NCBI GenBank assembly: GCA_022969815.1
Contig: GCA_022969815.1_4535.1
DNA from: Escherichia coli
GTDB lineage: Bacteria; Pseudomonadota; Gammaproteobacteria; Enterobacterales; Enterobacteriaceae
Length of the DNA stretch: 64,000 nucleotides
Direction: 5' to 3' (one strand)
Shown: piece after piece, positions 9,033 through 18,859 of the stretch
Numbering within the stretch: position 1 is the first letter of the stretch
Layout: the number at the start of each line of letters is the position of its first letter
Notes under the pieces: model-generated
The model's database searches: none
Seen by the model: the letters and a program-made list of their open reading frames with translations, nothing else
Told to the model about the DNA's origin: nothing
Translations under genes and position numbers: made by a program

Positions 9033-10814
9033 GTGACACACATTATAACGAAATATGGATTTGATGTTGATCTTAGCAGGGAAGGGCACACTGGCTGTCC
9101 ACGCTGCATGAAAAATGGCAAGGATCGCTCTCGTAATAACCTGATGGTTTATGGATTGGATTCTAACGGTGAGCATAAAGGAGCTAAATGCTTTGCGTGT
9201 GAGTACACAATCCCCAGCGTTGAATGGTTAAGAGAGAATGGTGAAGTTTTAGAAGAAGAGGAGGATATTGTGGGTTCGGAATTTAATAAAGAGATTCATC
9301 GTAAGATTGTAGAAGAAACAGGTACTAACCCACGAGGCTACCGTGGGATCAAGGAAGAATATTCTAAATTCTACGGTGTTCGTTACCAGTATAAACAAGA
9401 AGAATCTAATCTTGTTGTGGAACATACTTTGTATCCAACAACTATCGGTAAAGAACTGGTAGGTTTTAAGCGTCGTATCCATCCTAAAGACTTCTCCAAG
9501 CCCATTGGTCAAGTAGGTAAAGATGTAGATTTGTTTGGACAATTTCGTTTCCTTGAGCGTTCCCATACCGTAATCATTACTGGTGGTGAACATGATGCCT
9601 TGGCAGCATATCAAATGTTGGCAGAAGGTCTTGACAGGAAATATGAATTACCAGCAGTAGTTAGTGGCACAACTGGTGAAACCAGTATGTACAAACAGGT
9701 ACAGGCACAGTACCCTTTCTTTGAGAAGTTCAAGAAGATCATCGTCTGCATGGATAATGATAAAGCAGGTAAGGAAGCTTTTGAGAACATTGTAAAAGTG
9801 TTGCCTCGTAATAAAGTTTACCTGATGAAGATGGAACTGAAAGATGCTAATGAATACCTGTTGCAAGATAAAGCAAAAGACTTTGTGAAGGCTTATTGGG
9901 GTGCAAAACTCTATACCCCAGCAGGTGTTTATGCTTCAAACGAACTTTATGAAGCTGCAATGGATTGCTTGGATGCACAAGTGATCACTCTCCCTCCGTT
10001 CATGCGTACTGCTGCGAACATGTTGGGTGGTGGTCTGGTAGAAGAAGAGATCACAGTTATTCTGGCTAAAACGAGTATCGGTAAGACGTTGATGGTGAAT
10101 GAGATCACCAAACACATTATCGTAGCTCATCCAGAACATGTGTTGGGTATTCTGTCCCTGGAAGCAACGTATAAGAAATACTCACGTAACCTTCTTTCTT
10201 CGTTCCTGCATATTCCTTTGCATCGTAAGACTAAGGAAGAAAAGGCTGCGATCCTGGAAGAGAACAAGGAAGCTATTAATAACTTCTACGTTCGTGAAGA
10301 TGGTTCTCCTCGCTTCTTTGTCTGTGATGACCGTGGTGCAGACATTGATTCAATCAAGGAGAAGGTGCTGGAGATGATTATCTACTTTGGCATTACCATC
10401 TTGGTAATTGACCCATACTCGGATCTGTTGTCGGGGATGAGTGTTCAGGAACAAGAAGAATTGGCAACGTGGTTGAAGCGCATCATGAAAGAATATGGCA
10501 TTACGATCATCGTGATCTCTCACGTTAAGAAAGCTGCGAACAATGGTAATGAGCACTTAACCGAAGATGATGCAATGGGTAGTAGTTTCTTGGCAAAAGG
10601 TGCAGGTATTACACTGGCACTGGAACGAGATAAAGCCGCAGAAGACCCTGTTGAGCGCAACACAACTCATTGTTATATCTTGAAAAACCGTGAGTTCTCA
10701 GAAACTGGTCCTGCTGGACAATTCTATTACGATATTAAAACTGCCACACTGCACGACAAAGCACAGTATTTTGCTAATCCTGATAATGCAGGTGGTGCAG
10801 AAGGCGCATATTGA
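9033..10814 (+). CDS. DNA primase-helicase (zinc-ribbon primase N-terminus fused to a DnaB-like helicase)
   Basis: CPRCMKNG...CFAC zinc ribbon, central primase-like region, C-terminal helicase-like region; RBS AGGAGAGGA before GTG start; gene ends at a terminator hairpin. Confidence 0.75.
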   Translation: MTHIITKYGFDVDLSREGHTGCPRCMKNGKDRSRNNLMVYGLDSNGEHKGAKCFACEYTIPSVEWLRENGEVLEEEEDIVGSEFNKEIHRKIVEETGTNPRGYRGIKEEYSKFYGVRYQYKQEESNLVVEHTLYPTTIGKELVGFKRRIHPKDFSKPIGQVGKDVDLFGQFRFLERSHTVIITGGEHDALAAYQMLAEGLDRKYELPAVVSGTTGETSMYKQVQAQYPFFEKFKKIIVCMDNDKAGKEAFENIVKVLPRNKVYLMKMELKDANEYLLQDKAKDFVKAYWGAKLYTPAGVYASNELYEAAMDCLDAQVITLPPFMRTAANMLGGGLVEEEITVILAKTSIGKTLMVNEITKHIIVAHPEHVLGILSLEATYKKYSRNLLSSFLHIPLHRKTKEEKAAILEENKEAINNFYVREDGSPRFFVCDDRGADIDSIKEKVLEMIIYFGITILVIDPYSDLLSGMSVQEQEELATWLKRIMKEYGITIIVISHVKKAANNGNEHLTEDDAMGSSFLAKGAGITLALERDKAAEDPVERNTTHCYILKNREFSETGPAGQFYYDIKTATLHDKAQYFANPDNAGGAEGAY

Positions 10815-10815
10815 T

Positions 10816-10848
10816 TCAGAAGGGGCGCAAGCCCCTCTTGACTTTTGA
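10816..10848 (+). terminator. rho-independent terminator-like hairpin
   Basis: GAAGGGGC-GCAA-GCCCCTCTT stem-loop followed by a T-rich stretch. Confidence 0.5.
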
Positions 10849-10897
10849 TTGAGGAATGTGATACCCTTCAGGTTGAGTTACATAATATGGAGGACTA

Positions 10898-13495
10898 ATG
10901 AGTAAGTTTACATGGGATATTGAAGCAACCGCATTACTGAACAATGACACAATTGATTACCTGGCAAGCCCTTATCGATTGAAAGACACTTTTGGTATGC
11001 ATTGTATTTGTCTGGAAAACCACGAAACAGGAGAGATCATTGCTTTTCACGATGGTCCTAAGTACATTTTCGATGGTCGTCCTTATGAAGAGTCTGACGG
11101 TAAGTACACTTATGTACTGAAGGAGTATGTGGCACAAGAATACACACACTTTCCTCTGGCAGATTTTCCAGATTTTGTCAACCATACAGGCAAGTTCGCA
11201 GATAAGCCTGAATACCTCGTAGAAATGGCTGTAGCCCATAACGGCATCAACTATGACCACTTGGCAGTTAAGCTTTACTACGGGCTGAATTACAGCGTTA
11301 AATACAACACTTGGGGTGATTCAAAAGTTAAGATTATTGATACCTTAATCCTTAGTAAAGTATTGAACCCTGATCGCAAGGTTGATGGTAAACCTGGACA
11401 CAACTTGAATGCCCTTTCTAAAAAAGCTGGCGGGGATGTTAAGATCGATTTCCGTAAAGAGATTCCAGAAGGAGAGCGATTCAAGACGTTCGCCGCAGAT
11501 ATGTTGTACTACTGTATCTACGACAACAAGGCAACTACAGCAGTATATTATTACCTCATGGAAGAATGGGGTGATTATAAGAAGTGGCAAGAGCCGTTCG
11601 ACTTGGAGCAACGTATTGCGGATATCATCACCCGTCAAGAACACCGTGGCTTTAAGTTCAACATGCAACAAGCTGAACAGAACCTGGAATTCTTGGACAA
11701 AGAAATGGAACGTCTACGTTTGTTGGTAGAGCCTATTCTTCCACCTAAACCAGCGACTAAAGGTTATCTGAAAGATTTTATTCCACCGAAACTTCAAATC
11801 AAGAAGAACGGTGAGCCAACAAATCATATCATCAGGTTTGCGGAGAAACATGGCGGTAGCCTTGAAGAACGTGAAGGTGATTGGTGGCTGCTTGTTTTAG
11901 ATAAAGAGTTTAAGTTACCGATCTCAAGTGAAGAACCTATTTGTGAACCTACCATTCCGTCTACACTGAATGATACGACACACATTAAAAACTGGCTTGT
12001 AGGTTTGGGTTGGGTTCCGTCTGAATATAAAGACAAAGACTTGACGCTTAAATCTGGTTCGAAGATCAAGAAAGATCCTGACGACTTAGAGAAAGGTATT
12101 CTGTCTTATGTCAAACAAACTCTGGAAAGCAACTTCTGTAATGATCGTTGCGAACACTTACAAGCTGATGCTGAAACATTAGAGCTTAGAATCCGTGAAC
12201 GTCTGGCTAAAGGGAAAGGTCGTGGTCTTAAAGTGCTGACCAACCCATGCTTCACGAAGGGGCAGGAGAAAGAGATTTGTCCTAATCTTGAAGCACTGGG
12301 CGAGAAGTTCCCGTATGCCACGCAGATTGTGCAGTACCTGACGTACAAACATCGTCGAAACTCTATTTTGGGCGGTGGTGCAGATTGGGAAGACGATGAG
12401 GAAGATCAAGAATACGATAAAGGCTTCTTAGCAGCAGTTCGTGCCGATGGTCGTATATCGACTCCAGCGGCTACGTGTGACGCTGCAACATCTCGTATGA
12501 AGCATCGCTCTGTTGCGAACGTTCCTCGCGTTACATCGTTGTTTGGGTACGAAATGCGTAACTTGTTTGGGGTAGAAACACCGCGTTACTTCCAGATCGG
12601 TTATGACTTTGACTCCTTGGAAGCAAAGATTGAGTCGCATTATTGTTGGCGCTACGAACCGGAGCCTCATGAATATTGTAACGCTCTCTTGTTGGAGAAG
12701 CCTAACGATGTTCATACCATGATGGCAAGACGTATCACAGAAACTATTGGACGTAAGTTTGAACGTAGTCCAGCTAAATCTGTTAAGTACGGGATTACAT
12801 ATGGAGCACAGGCAGACAAGGTTGCTAAGACAATTGGTAGTGATAAGTACACAGGACAACTGGTGTTTGATGCATTCTGGGAAGCGGCTTTCCCGTTAGC
12901 ACAACTGAAAGAGAAGTTGAATGCTTTCTGGGTTAACACTGGCAAGCAGTATGTTCTCGGTATCGATGGACGTAAAGTCCCAACACGATCTGCACATGCA
13001 ATCTTAAACTCACTGTTCCAAAGTGGCGGGGTTATCTGTGCTAAACGTGCAATGGTGATTTATGACGATATGATCGAAGAGGAAGGTTTAGCTGTTGACT
13101 TCTTCGTTGACGACTGGAAGAATAAAGACTTCGTTCAGCAAATGATCGCTTACCACGATGAAGCGCAGCTTGAAGTATCTCGTAACTTGGTGGAATTTAA
13201 ATGGTTCTCCAAAGAATCTTTAGGTTGGGTTAAAGTGGATGACGAGAAAGAGCAGAAGAAAATAGATGCGGAATGTCTTGCAAAAGCTAACGAATGGAAG
13301 CATAATAAAGAGAAAGAGACAGGGCAGATTTGGGCTAACGTTCACGAATCACCTAAAGGTGGTTGGTTTACCGCTTACAGTCGTGCCGGAGAACTTGCTT
13401 CTCTTGCTGTTATCAAAGCTGGGGAATATTACAAACTAAATGTTCAGCTTACTGCTGGATACGATGTTGGTAGTTCCTGGGCGAGCTGTCACTGA
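10898..13495 (+). CDS. DNA polymerase, family A (Pol I-like) with 3'-5' exonuclease domain
   Basis: 865 aa; N-terminal WDIEAT exonuclease motif (DxE); RBS GGAGGA 8 nt upstream. Confidence 0.8.
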   Translation: MSKFTWDIEATALLNNDTIDYLASPYRLKDTFGMHCICLENHETGEIIAFHDGPKYIFDGRPYEESDGKYTYVLKEYVAQEYTHFPLADFPDFVNHTGKFADKPEYLVEMAVAHNGINYDHLAVKLYYGLNYSVKYNTWGDSKVKIIDTLILSKVLNPDRKVDGKPGHNLNALSKKAGGDVKIDFRKEIPEGERFKTFAADMLYYCIYDNKATTAVYYYLMEEWGDYKKWQEPFDLEQRIADIITRQEHRGFKFNMQQAEQNLEFLDKEMERLRLLVEPILPPKPATKGYLKDFIPPKLQIKKNGEPTNHIIRFAEKHGGSLEEREGDWWLLVLDKEFKLPISSEEPICEPTIPSTLNDTTHIKNWLVGLGWVPSEYKDKDLTLKSGSKIKKDPDDLEKGILSYVKQTLESNFCNDRCEHLQADAETLELRIRERLAKGKGRGLKVLTNPCFTKGQEKEICPNLEALGEKFPYATQIVQYLTYKHRRNSILGGGADWEDDEEDQEYDKGFLAAVRADGRISTPAATCDAATSRMKHRSVANVPRVTSLFGYEMRNLFGVETPRYFQIGYDFDSLEAKIESHYCWRYEPEPHEYCNALLLEKPNDVHTMMARRITETIGRKFERSPAKSVKYGITYGAQADKVAKTIGSDKYTGQLVFDAFWEAAFPLAQLKEKLNAFWVNTGKQYVLGIDGRKVPTRSAHAILNSLFQSGGVICAKRAMVIYDDMIEEEGLAVDFFVDDWKNKDFVQQMIAYHDEAQLEVSRNLVEFKWFSKESLGWVKVDDEKEQKKIDAECLAKANEWKHNKEKETGQIWANVHESPKGGWFTAYSRAGELASLAVIKAGEYYKLNVQLTAGYDVGSSWASCH

Positions 13496-13499
13496 TGGT

Positions 13500-13520
13500 A
13501 CGGGGCTTCGGCCCCTTTAT
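13500..13520 (+). terminator. terminator-like hairpin
   Basis: GGGGC-TTCG-GCCCC followed by TTTAT. Confidence 0.45.
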
Positions 13521-13530
13521 AGGAGGATAT

Positions 13531-13725
13531 ATGAGTTACGATTTAGATTACTTTGGTATGCCTTACCTACCCGATGAGTTCGCAGATGAGGCGGAGGATC
13601 GTGAGTGGGATGATGGGGATATCCGTTGTTGGTCTTGTGGTAAAGACATGTCTTATGAACAACACATGCACAACGATGGCTTCTGTCCACACTGTCAGAA
13701 TGAAATCGATTTAGAGGAGGACTAA
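13531..13725 (+). CDS. hypothetical zinc-ribbon protein
   Basis: AGGAGG then ATG 13531 downstream of the hairpin; CWSCG...CPHC motif; the track's longer 13495 start would overlap the hairpin. Confidence 0.45.
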   Translation: MSYDLDYFGMPYLPDEFADEAEDREWDDGDIRCWSCGKDMSYEQHMHNDGFCPHCQNEIDLEED

Positions 13726-13727
13726 TA

Positions 13728-13895
13728 ATGACTTCCGGTATTATGATCTGTTATAAGATCGTTCGTATTGTTGGGGATGAAGTTACTACTCGCCACTTTA
13801 TGATTGAAAATCACGCTGACGAAGTGTATAATGATTGGCTGGAACAAGGCGGATACGACTTCGTATCTAAAGAAACTTTCCACTTGGAAGTATAA
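13728..13895 (+). CDS. hypothetical small protein (55 aa)
   Basis: GAGGAGG RBS 13714-13720, ATG 13728, TAA 13893-13895. Confidence 0.4.
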   Translation: MTSGIMICYKIVRIVGDEVTTRHFMIENHADEVYNDWLEQGGYDFVSKETFHLEV

Positions 13896-13904
13896 GGAGA
13901 AGAA

Positions 13905-14123
13905 ATGCGTAAATTAGTGAGTTTTAATGTTTCAATTCTTGTTGATGAACAACATGAAGATGTTATTAAAGGTCTTGCAAATAAGCTTGCAGGTGGAATG
14001 ACGGAAGCTGAAGTGTGGGAAGAATGTGCTCGACTTTATGAGGAAGGTGTTATTGAGGTCTTGGGGGATGAGATTAATATGGACGATGTTGTAAAAGTAA
14101 CTGTGGAGCGTATCAATGACTAA
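13905..14123 (+). CDS. hypothetical protein
   Basis: AAGGAGA RBS, ORF. Confidence 0.5.
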   Translation: MRKLVSFNVSILVDEQHEDVIKGLANKLAGGMTEAEVWEECARLYEEGVIEVLGDEINMDDVVKVTVERIND

Positions 14124-14712
14124 ATCAAGCCAGATTACCCTTGCCTGTGAGATCCTTACTGTTCTTAAGATTGCTGATCCTCGTTCAATCCTGGCAGGTG
14201 GCGCAGTCCGTGACTGGCGAATGTTAAATGCTGCTGGGCGAGATCTTGACTTCTACACCTCTCTTCCTGCATATAACGGGGAAGCAGAGATTAAAGAATT
14301 TATCACCACATCTTTACGTGGGACAAATATTAAGCTTTTAGGTAACAAAGATTTACCTGAAAACTATTCGTCAATGGTTGGTTTGAAACATGTGTTTGAA
14401 TTTGAACGTGATGGTCAATTATGTAACCTCATGATCATGGAAAGGGGCTACCTACCACAAGTAGCACATAACTTTGATACATCTGTTTGCCAAGCTTCTT
14501 TCGACGGAGACACCTACTGGTATAGTGATAACTTTGAAGTTACACTCGCTACTGGTATTTGTTTCTTGCACAAAGATGCAAAGGAGGATGCCAAACATGT
14601 TCGTAAACTTGCTGATCGCTTCCCAACTATGCGTTTTGTTCGTGAAGTACATGTTCGTCCCGACCCGCAAGCGGATAATTTTGAAGATTTTCAGGACGAC
14701 ATTCCTTGGTAA
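14116..14712 (+). CDS. nucleotidyltransferase, Pol-beta superfamily, CCA-adding/poly(A) polymerase head-like, with SSB-like acidic tail
   Basis: AGGAVRDW...GRDLDF matches the GGxVRD...DxD signature of tRNA nucleotidyltransferase heads; C-terminus ends DFQDDIPW. Confidence 0.5.
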   Translation: MTKSSQITLACEILTVLKIADPRSILAGGAVRDWRMLNAAGRDLDFYTSLPAYNGEAEIKEFITTSLRGTNIKLLGNKDLPENYSSMVGLKHVFEFERDGQLCNLMIMERGYLPQVAHNFDTSVCQASFDGDTYWYSDNFEVTLATGICFLHKDAKEDAKHVRKLADRFPTMRFVREVHVRPDPQADNFEDFQDDIPW

Positions 14713-14757
14713 ATAAAGCTTGACTTTCACTAATCTTTTATGATAGGATGACAATCA

Positions 14758-15153
14758 ATGACTGAACGTTCAAAAATAAGTGTTGAAACTGAATACAGCG
14801 AATACCTGAACAGTTTGATACTTGTTGAAAAAGATGTAATAGGTCTGGATAACTCGTTCTTCTTTCAAATCCTGATAGGTAAGGGTGGACACCGAAAGTT
14901 ATTCTCTCGTGTGGAAGACTCTGACCTATCCGAAACTGAAATAACGGTTAAAGAATTTATTAGCTTGCAGGATAACATCCGAAAAGTTATTGACACAGCC
15001 GGAAACGCTGTTACAATAAAACTCGATATGCATTCTGTGCAATTTGTTCATTTTCCGAATGGAGAAATTGGAGTTGGAATAGGTAAAGGTAAGTACCTTT
15101 TAGAAAAAGAAAACGCAGAGCTTCTTCGTGAGTTCTGTGCAAAAACAATGTGA
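14758..15153 (+). CDS. hypothetical protein
   Basis: ORF. Confidence 0.5.
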   Translation: MTERSKISVETEYSEYLNSLILVEKDVIGLDNSFFFQILIGKGGHRKLFSRVEDSDLSETEITVKEFISLQDNIRKVIDTAGNAVTIKLDMHSVQFVHFPNGEIGVGIGKGKYLLEKENAELLREFCAKTM

Positions 15154-15170
15154 ATATAGAGGAGATAATA

Positions 15171-16079
15171 ATGTCCGTAATTAATACTGAAACTGATCGT
15201 AAAGGCAAAACTGTAACTTATGCAACTGGTGTTGTAGACTACGTTAAACTGGATAAATTTGCAGAGCCTAAAACCTTCCAATGGGATGGTAAGTCGATTG
15301 TTTCTACTCACCGTGCTTCACTCGTTCTGAAAGAAAAGGGTGCCAAGCAGGATGCAAAAGGGACGTGGATTAGCCTGGGTGATATTGAACTGAAAGAAGG
15401 TTACGAAAATCTTCAGGTTAAAGATGGTGATACTTGGATCACTATCGAAAAAGGTGTTGAAGTTAGTATTGATATCGACAAAGTTGATACCAAAGGTGAC
15501 AAAACTTACTACAATACTAAGAAATCTCGTATCACTGTTCTTTCTACTGAAGGCGTTCAAAAGAAAGAAAATAAATCAGGTGGCACTGGCGTTTCAGGTA
15601 ACACTGGAAACAAACAATCCTTCAAAAAACGTGATACCGTAGGTCTTGAGACTGGTCACGCAGTTAACGGAGCTTTGGAACTGATTCGTAATGGTGTGAA
15701 AGGTGAAGCGTTTGATATTGCAGGTGTGGTTCAGTCTGCTACTGTGACTCTGAAAGCTGAAGTGGCTAAAGAGCGTGGCGTAGATATCAGTGATTATGAT
15801 CTGGGGGCTTCTGTTGGTCACGCTGTTCTGAATGCCTGTAAAGATCATTCCGGTAAGTCTGTTTCAGTAGAAGATTTGATTGAAACTGCTCGTGAAGTTC
15901 TGGCACTTTCTGACAAGGTAGCTAATGCCATTCGTGGTGCAGCAGAACAACCTAAGAAAGAAGAAGCCAAGAAAGAGCCTAAGAAGGAAGAACCTAAGCA
16001 GGAGCCTAAGCAAGAACCTGCTCCTCAACAAAATCAAGAAGAACCTCCAATGGACTTCGACGATGATATTCCTTTTTGA
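15171..16079 (+). CDS. ssb: single-stranded DNA-binding protein (SSB-like) with canonical acidic C-terminal tail
   Basis: C-terminus ...PPMDFDDDIPF matches the bacterial SSB tail; GAGGAG RBS then ATG 15171; low-complexity linker before the tail. Confidence 0.6.
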   Translation: MSVINTETDRKGKTVTYATGVVDYVKLDKFAEPKTFQWDGKSIVSTHRASLVLKEKGAKQDAKGTWISLGDIELKEGYENLQVKDGDTWITIEKGVEVSIDIDKVDTKGDKTYYNTKKSRITVLSTEGVQKKENKSGGTGVSGNTGNKQSFKKRDTVGLETGHAVNGALELIRNGVKGEAFDIAGVVQSATVTLKAEVAKERGVDISDYDLGASVGHAVLNACKDHSGKSVSVEDLIETAREVLALSDKVANAIRGAAEQPKKEEAKKEPKKEEPKQEPKQEPAPQQNQEEPPMDFDDDIPF

Positions 16080-16108
16080 TCTTATTGATTTATAAAGAGT
16101 TTTTATAA

Positions 16109-16142
16109 AAGAAAAGGGAACCTTTGCGGGTTCCCTTTTTTA
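16109..16142. terminator. bidirectional rho-independent terminator between convergent genes
   Basis: AAAAGGGAACC-TTTGCG-GGTTCCCTTTTTTATT, with A-run and T-run flanking a perfect stem. Confidence 0.7.
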
Positions 16143-18818
16143 TTAGTCGTAATATTTCAAACCTGTAATGAACTTCGATCCCCAATCCGCACTTGCGGCG
16201 GTGAACGTCAACATCCAAGTAGTAGCTGTACCAGTGAAGACCTCTCGTTGCACAGTCCCATCCGTGTGGTAAATGTCCACCCCAGTGTGTCCGTTCTTAG
16301 GAATAGTGAAGGTAGCAGCACTGGAACTGTCTCGTGCATAAGAACAAACAAATGGTGTCCCCGCCCAAACTGGATTTGTCATATCACCCATCTCAAGCTG
16401 TGGAACCCAAGCAATAAGACCTGCCGTACCATCTCCTGCGAAAGTGTCTGATCCACTTGCATTCAAAGCTATAATCTCATAGGTTATAGATGCTTGTTTG
16501 GCAACTGTCACTTTGTGTAGAATTACACGATACCAACCATTCCCCATATCGATTATGTTTGCATCTGCACCTGTAAATGTTCCAGCTACAAGATCATAAG
16601 TCCCTTCGTTAATCTCGTCTCCTGAAGTCAATTTGAGTTTCACTTTAGTGATCCCGTCTGGCTTCAAGAATACAGATGCCGCCCATTGTTTACCTGCTGT
16701 GATATCCGAAGCCGTGTTCACTGCTGATAAAATATGTTGTCCTGAAGTTGTAGAAGGTGTTAACTTGTAAGTGTTAGCGGTAGTTCCAACCGGAGAGTTG
16801 ATTGTTGATGCTGCTACTGTCAAGTTAGTCTTCAGCCACGGGGAGGCGGTTGTCAAGTTATTGTTGATAAAGATATGTGTACGACTGTTTGCTACAACAC
16901 GTCTACCCTGTGGAGTTGTACCAACATATTCTAAAGGTGCTACGGGAGCAGAACTCTCTGTAGGTACAAGGATATCTCCAGAAGTCCTCGCATAACGGTT
17001 ACTCCTGTTTACGCTTACACCTGCCGGAATAGTTTCTTGCGTCAAATCATAGTCCATCACAATCACCACAGCATTTACCGCTAAATAAGAACTATCTTCC
17101 GCAGTTACCACGCCTTGATAGGTTGCTCTACAACCGATACGACAATCCCCATCAGTAACCGCTGTAATAACGCCTGTAACGGGGTCAACTGTTGCTACCG
17201 TAGGGTCGTTAGAGAAATACTCAACAACCATGCCAGGGAGGTTCTCCGCCCCTGCTGGAGTTATTTCTGCCACCAATGTCTGCGTTGTTCCTTCATCCAT
17301 AGCTGAAAGGCTCGGAGTATACACCCCCAGTACAGAAGCATATCCCCCAGAACTGTCGGATAAGGTTGTTCCTGCTGCGTTTAATGCTGTCATCCCTGCA
17401 TCAAAACCACCTTCAGCAACAAACGTCATCAAACCAGAGGAAGATATCGTCATATAAGCTGGGGCAGATGTTGTGTAAGCTTCGTTGAAGATCTTACCTC
17501 CTGAAGGACTTACTGAATAGGTTAACTGTTTGCTCCCACCAACAATACAAATACCTAAAGAATCTGTAGTTAAACTGGTAGCCAAATCTGATCCTAAGAT
17601 CGAATCTTGTGAAATAGGTGCGAACTTGTTAGAATTCAACGTCCCATTAAACAGAGGGTTGGTCTTACCGTCAACAGTAACACCAGAGTAAAACAGATTA
17701 CCATCGTAGACAAAGAAAGTAGCATGGTAGCCTAACTGGTTAGTCACATCCAGATTCTGACTGTGGACACTTGTTAGTTTGCTCATGTCCCAATTCGGAA
17801 CACCTTCGGGTTTAAGAGGCTTCTCAACAACCAAAGGATCTGCTGCCAGAGATGCGTAACCAACACCTAAGTTTCCTGTGTAGTTTTTACCTACAGCCCA
17901 CAAACTGTTATTAATACTTAAGAAGAAAGCGTGGCGACTCATTGGGAAACTCCATGCAGAGAAACCGCCGGAGAAGTTGCTTACTTTCGTATAAGTTGTC
18001 GCAGTGTTAGAACGTGCATACAAATAATTCGTTGTTCCAGTACCGCCAGAGGTATCTCCAATTACCAATGTCTGGGAAACCGTGTTAACGTAATCTTTCA
18101 CAAAAACTGTTTCGGTAGAAGATATAGTCGCAGTAACGAAAGCTGTTGTTGTACTGTTGTTACCTGCCATACCTTTGCTTGCACCGCAAACACGTAATGC
18201 ACCGACATTGTTAAGGTAAGAACACTGGTTGTATCCTGCATCAAATGCTAAAGCAACAGAAGTTATTTGACGTGGATTTGGGATTTGGTTAGTATTACTT
18301 GCACCAAGGCTTCCTACTGTGTTTTGTCCCGAACCATAAAGGACTCCATTGTTCATGAGCCACAAGGTGTTATTATAACCCCCTTTGACCTCTTTCAGGT
18401 TGGCTAAGGTTATGATTGAGGTAATAGATGATGGGAAGCTGGTCCACGTAGTCATGCAAACATCAGCGCCGCCAGCGGCTGTAGATCCAACAAGACCTGC
18501 TAACAATCCTGCATACTGCCAACCACCACTTTGAAGCTTGATAACGAAGCAACGATCTGCTGGAAATATATCTGCTGCTGTTGTTGATGCTAAATGGAAG
18601 GTAGAGTATTTTGCTGTACGTGTGCCGTCAGCAATCTCTCCGAACACATTATCCCCTTGAGTGAATAAACGCCCATCGTTCAAGAGGAGAGCTAAACTGC
18701 TTTTAGAATTGCCAGAAGCATCTGGGTAATCTAAAGTTATTACTTTCTTGATTATTCCTGCTGGAAGTGGAACTACACCTGTGCTGGTCATAATCATCAT
18801 TACTGGAATTGGAAACAT
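16143..18818 (-). CDS. tail fibre / receptor-binding protein with Ig-like (Big_2-like) segment
   Basis: 891 aa, Thr/Ser/Gly-rich beta composition; segment TVDPVTGVITAVTDGDCRIGCRATYQGVVTAEDSSYLAVNAV resembles bacterial Ig-like domains. Confidence 0.55.
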   Translation of the reverse strand: MFPIPVMMIMTSTGVVPLPAGIIKKVITLDYPDASGNSKSSLALLLNDGRLFTQGDNVFGEIADGTRTAKYSTFHLASTTAADIFPADRCFVIKLQSGGWQYAGLLAGLVGSTAAGGADVCMTTWTSFPSSITSIITLANLKEVKGGYNNTLWLMNNGVLYGSGQNTVGSLGASNTNQIPNPRQITSVALAFDAGYNQCSYLNNVGALRVCGASKGMAGNNSTTTAFVTATISSTETVFVKDYVNTVSQTLVIGDTSGGTGTTNYLYARSNTATTYTKVSNFSGGFSAWSFPMSRHAFFLSINNSLWAVGKNYTGNLGVGYASLAADPLVVEKPLKPEGVPNWDMSKLTSVHSQNLDVTNQLGYHATFFVYDGNLFYSGVTVDGKTNPLFNGTLNSNKFAPISQDSILGSDLATSLTTDSLGICIVGGSKQLTYSVSPSGGKIFNEAYTTSAPAYMTISSSGLMTFVAEGGFDAGMTALNAAGTTLSDSSGGYASVLGVYTPSLSAMDEGTTQTLVAEITPAGAENLPGMVVEYFSNDPTVATVDPVTGVITAVTDGDCRIGCRATYQGVVTAEDSSYLAVNAVVIVMDYDLTQETIPAGVSVNRSNRYARTSGDILVPTESSAPVAPLEYVGTTPQGRRVVANSRTHIFINNNLTTASPWLKTNLTVAASTINSPVGTTANTYKLTPSTTSGQHILSAVNTASDITAGKQWAASVFLKPDGITKVKLKLTSGDEINEGTYDLVAGTFTGADANIIDMGNGWYRVILHKVTVAKQASITYEIIALNASGSDTFAGDGTAGLIAWVPQLEMGDMTNPVWAGTPFVCSYARDSSSAATFTIPKNGHTGVDIYHTDGTVQREVFTGTATTWMLTFTAASADWGSKFITGLKYYD

Positions 18819-18835
18819 TTTTATCCTCCATAAAA

Positions 18836-18859
18836 GAAAAGCCCCTTGCGGGGCTTCTA
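18836..18859 (-). terminator. terminator hairpin (minus strand)
   Basis: minus-strand AGCCCCGCAAGGGGCT followed by TTTTCTTTT. Confidence 0.55.
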
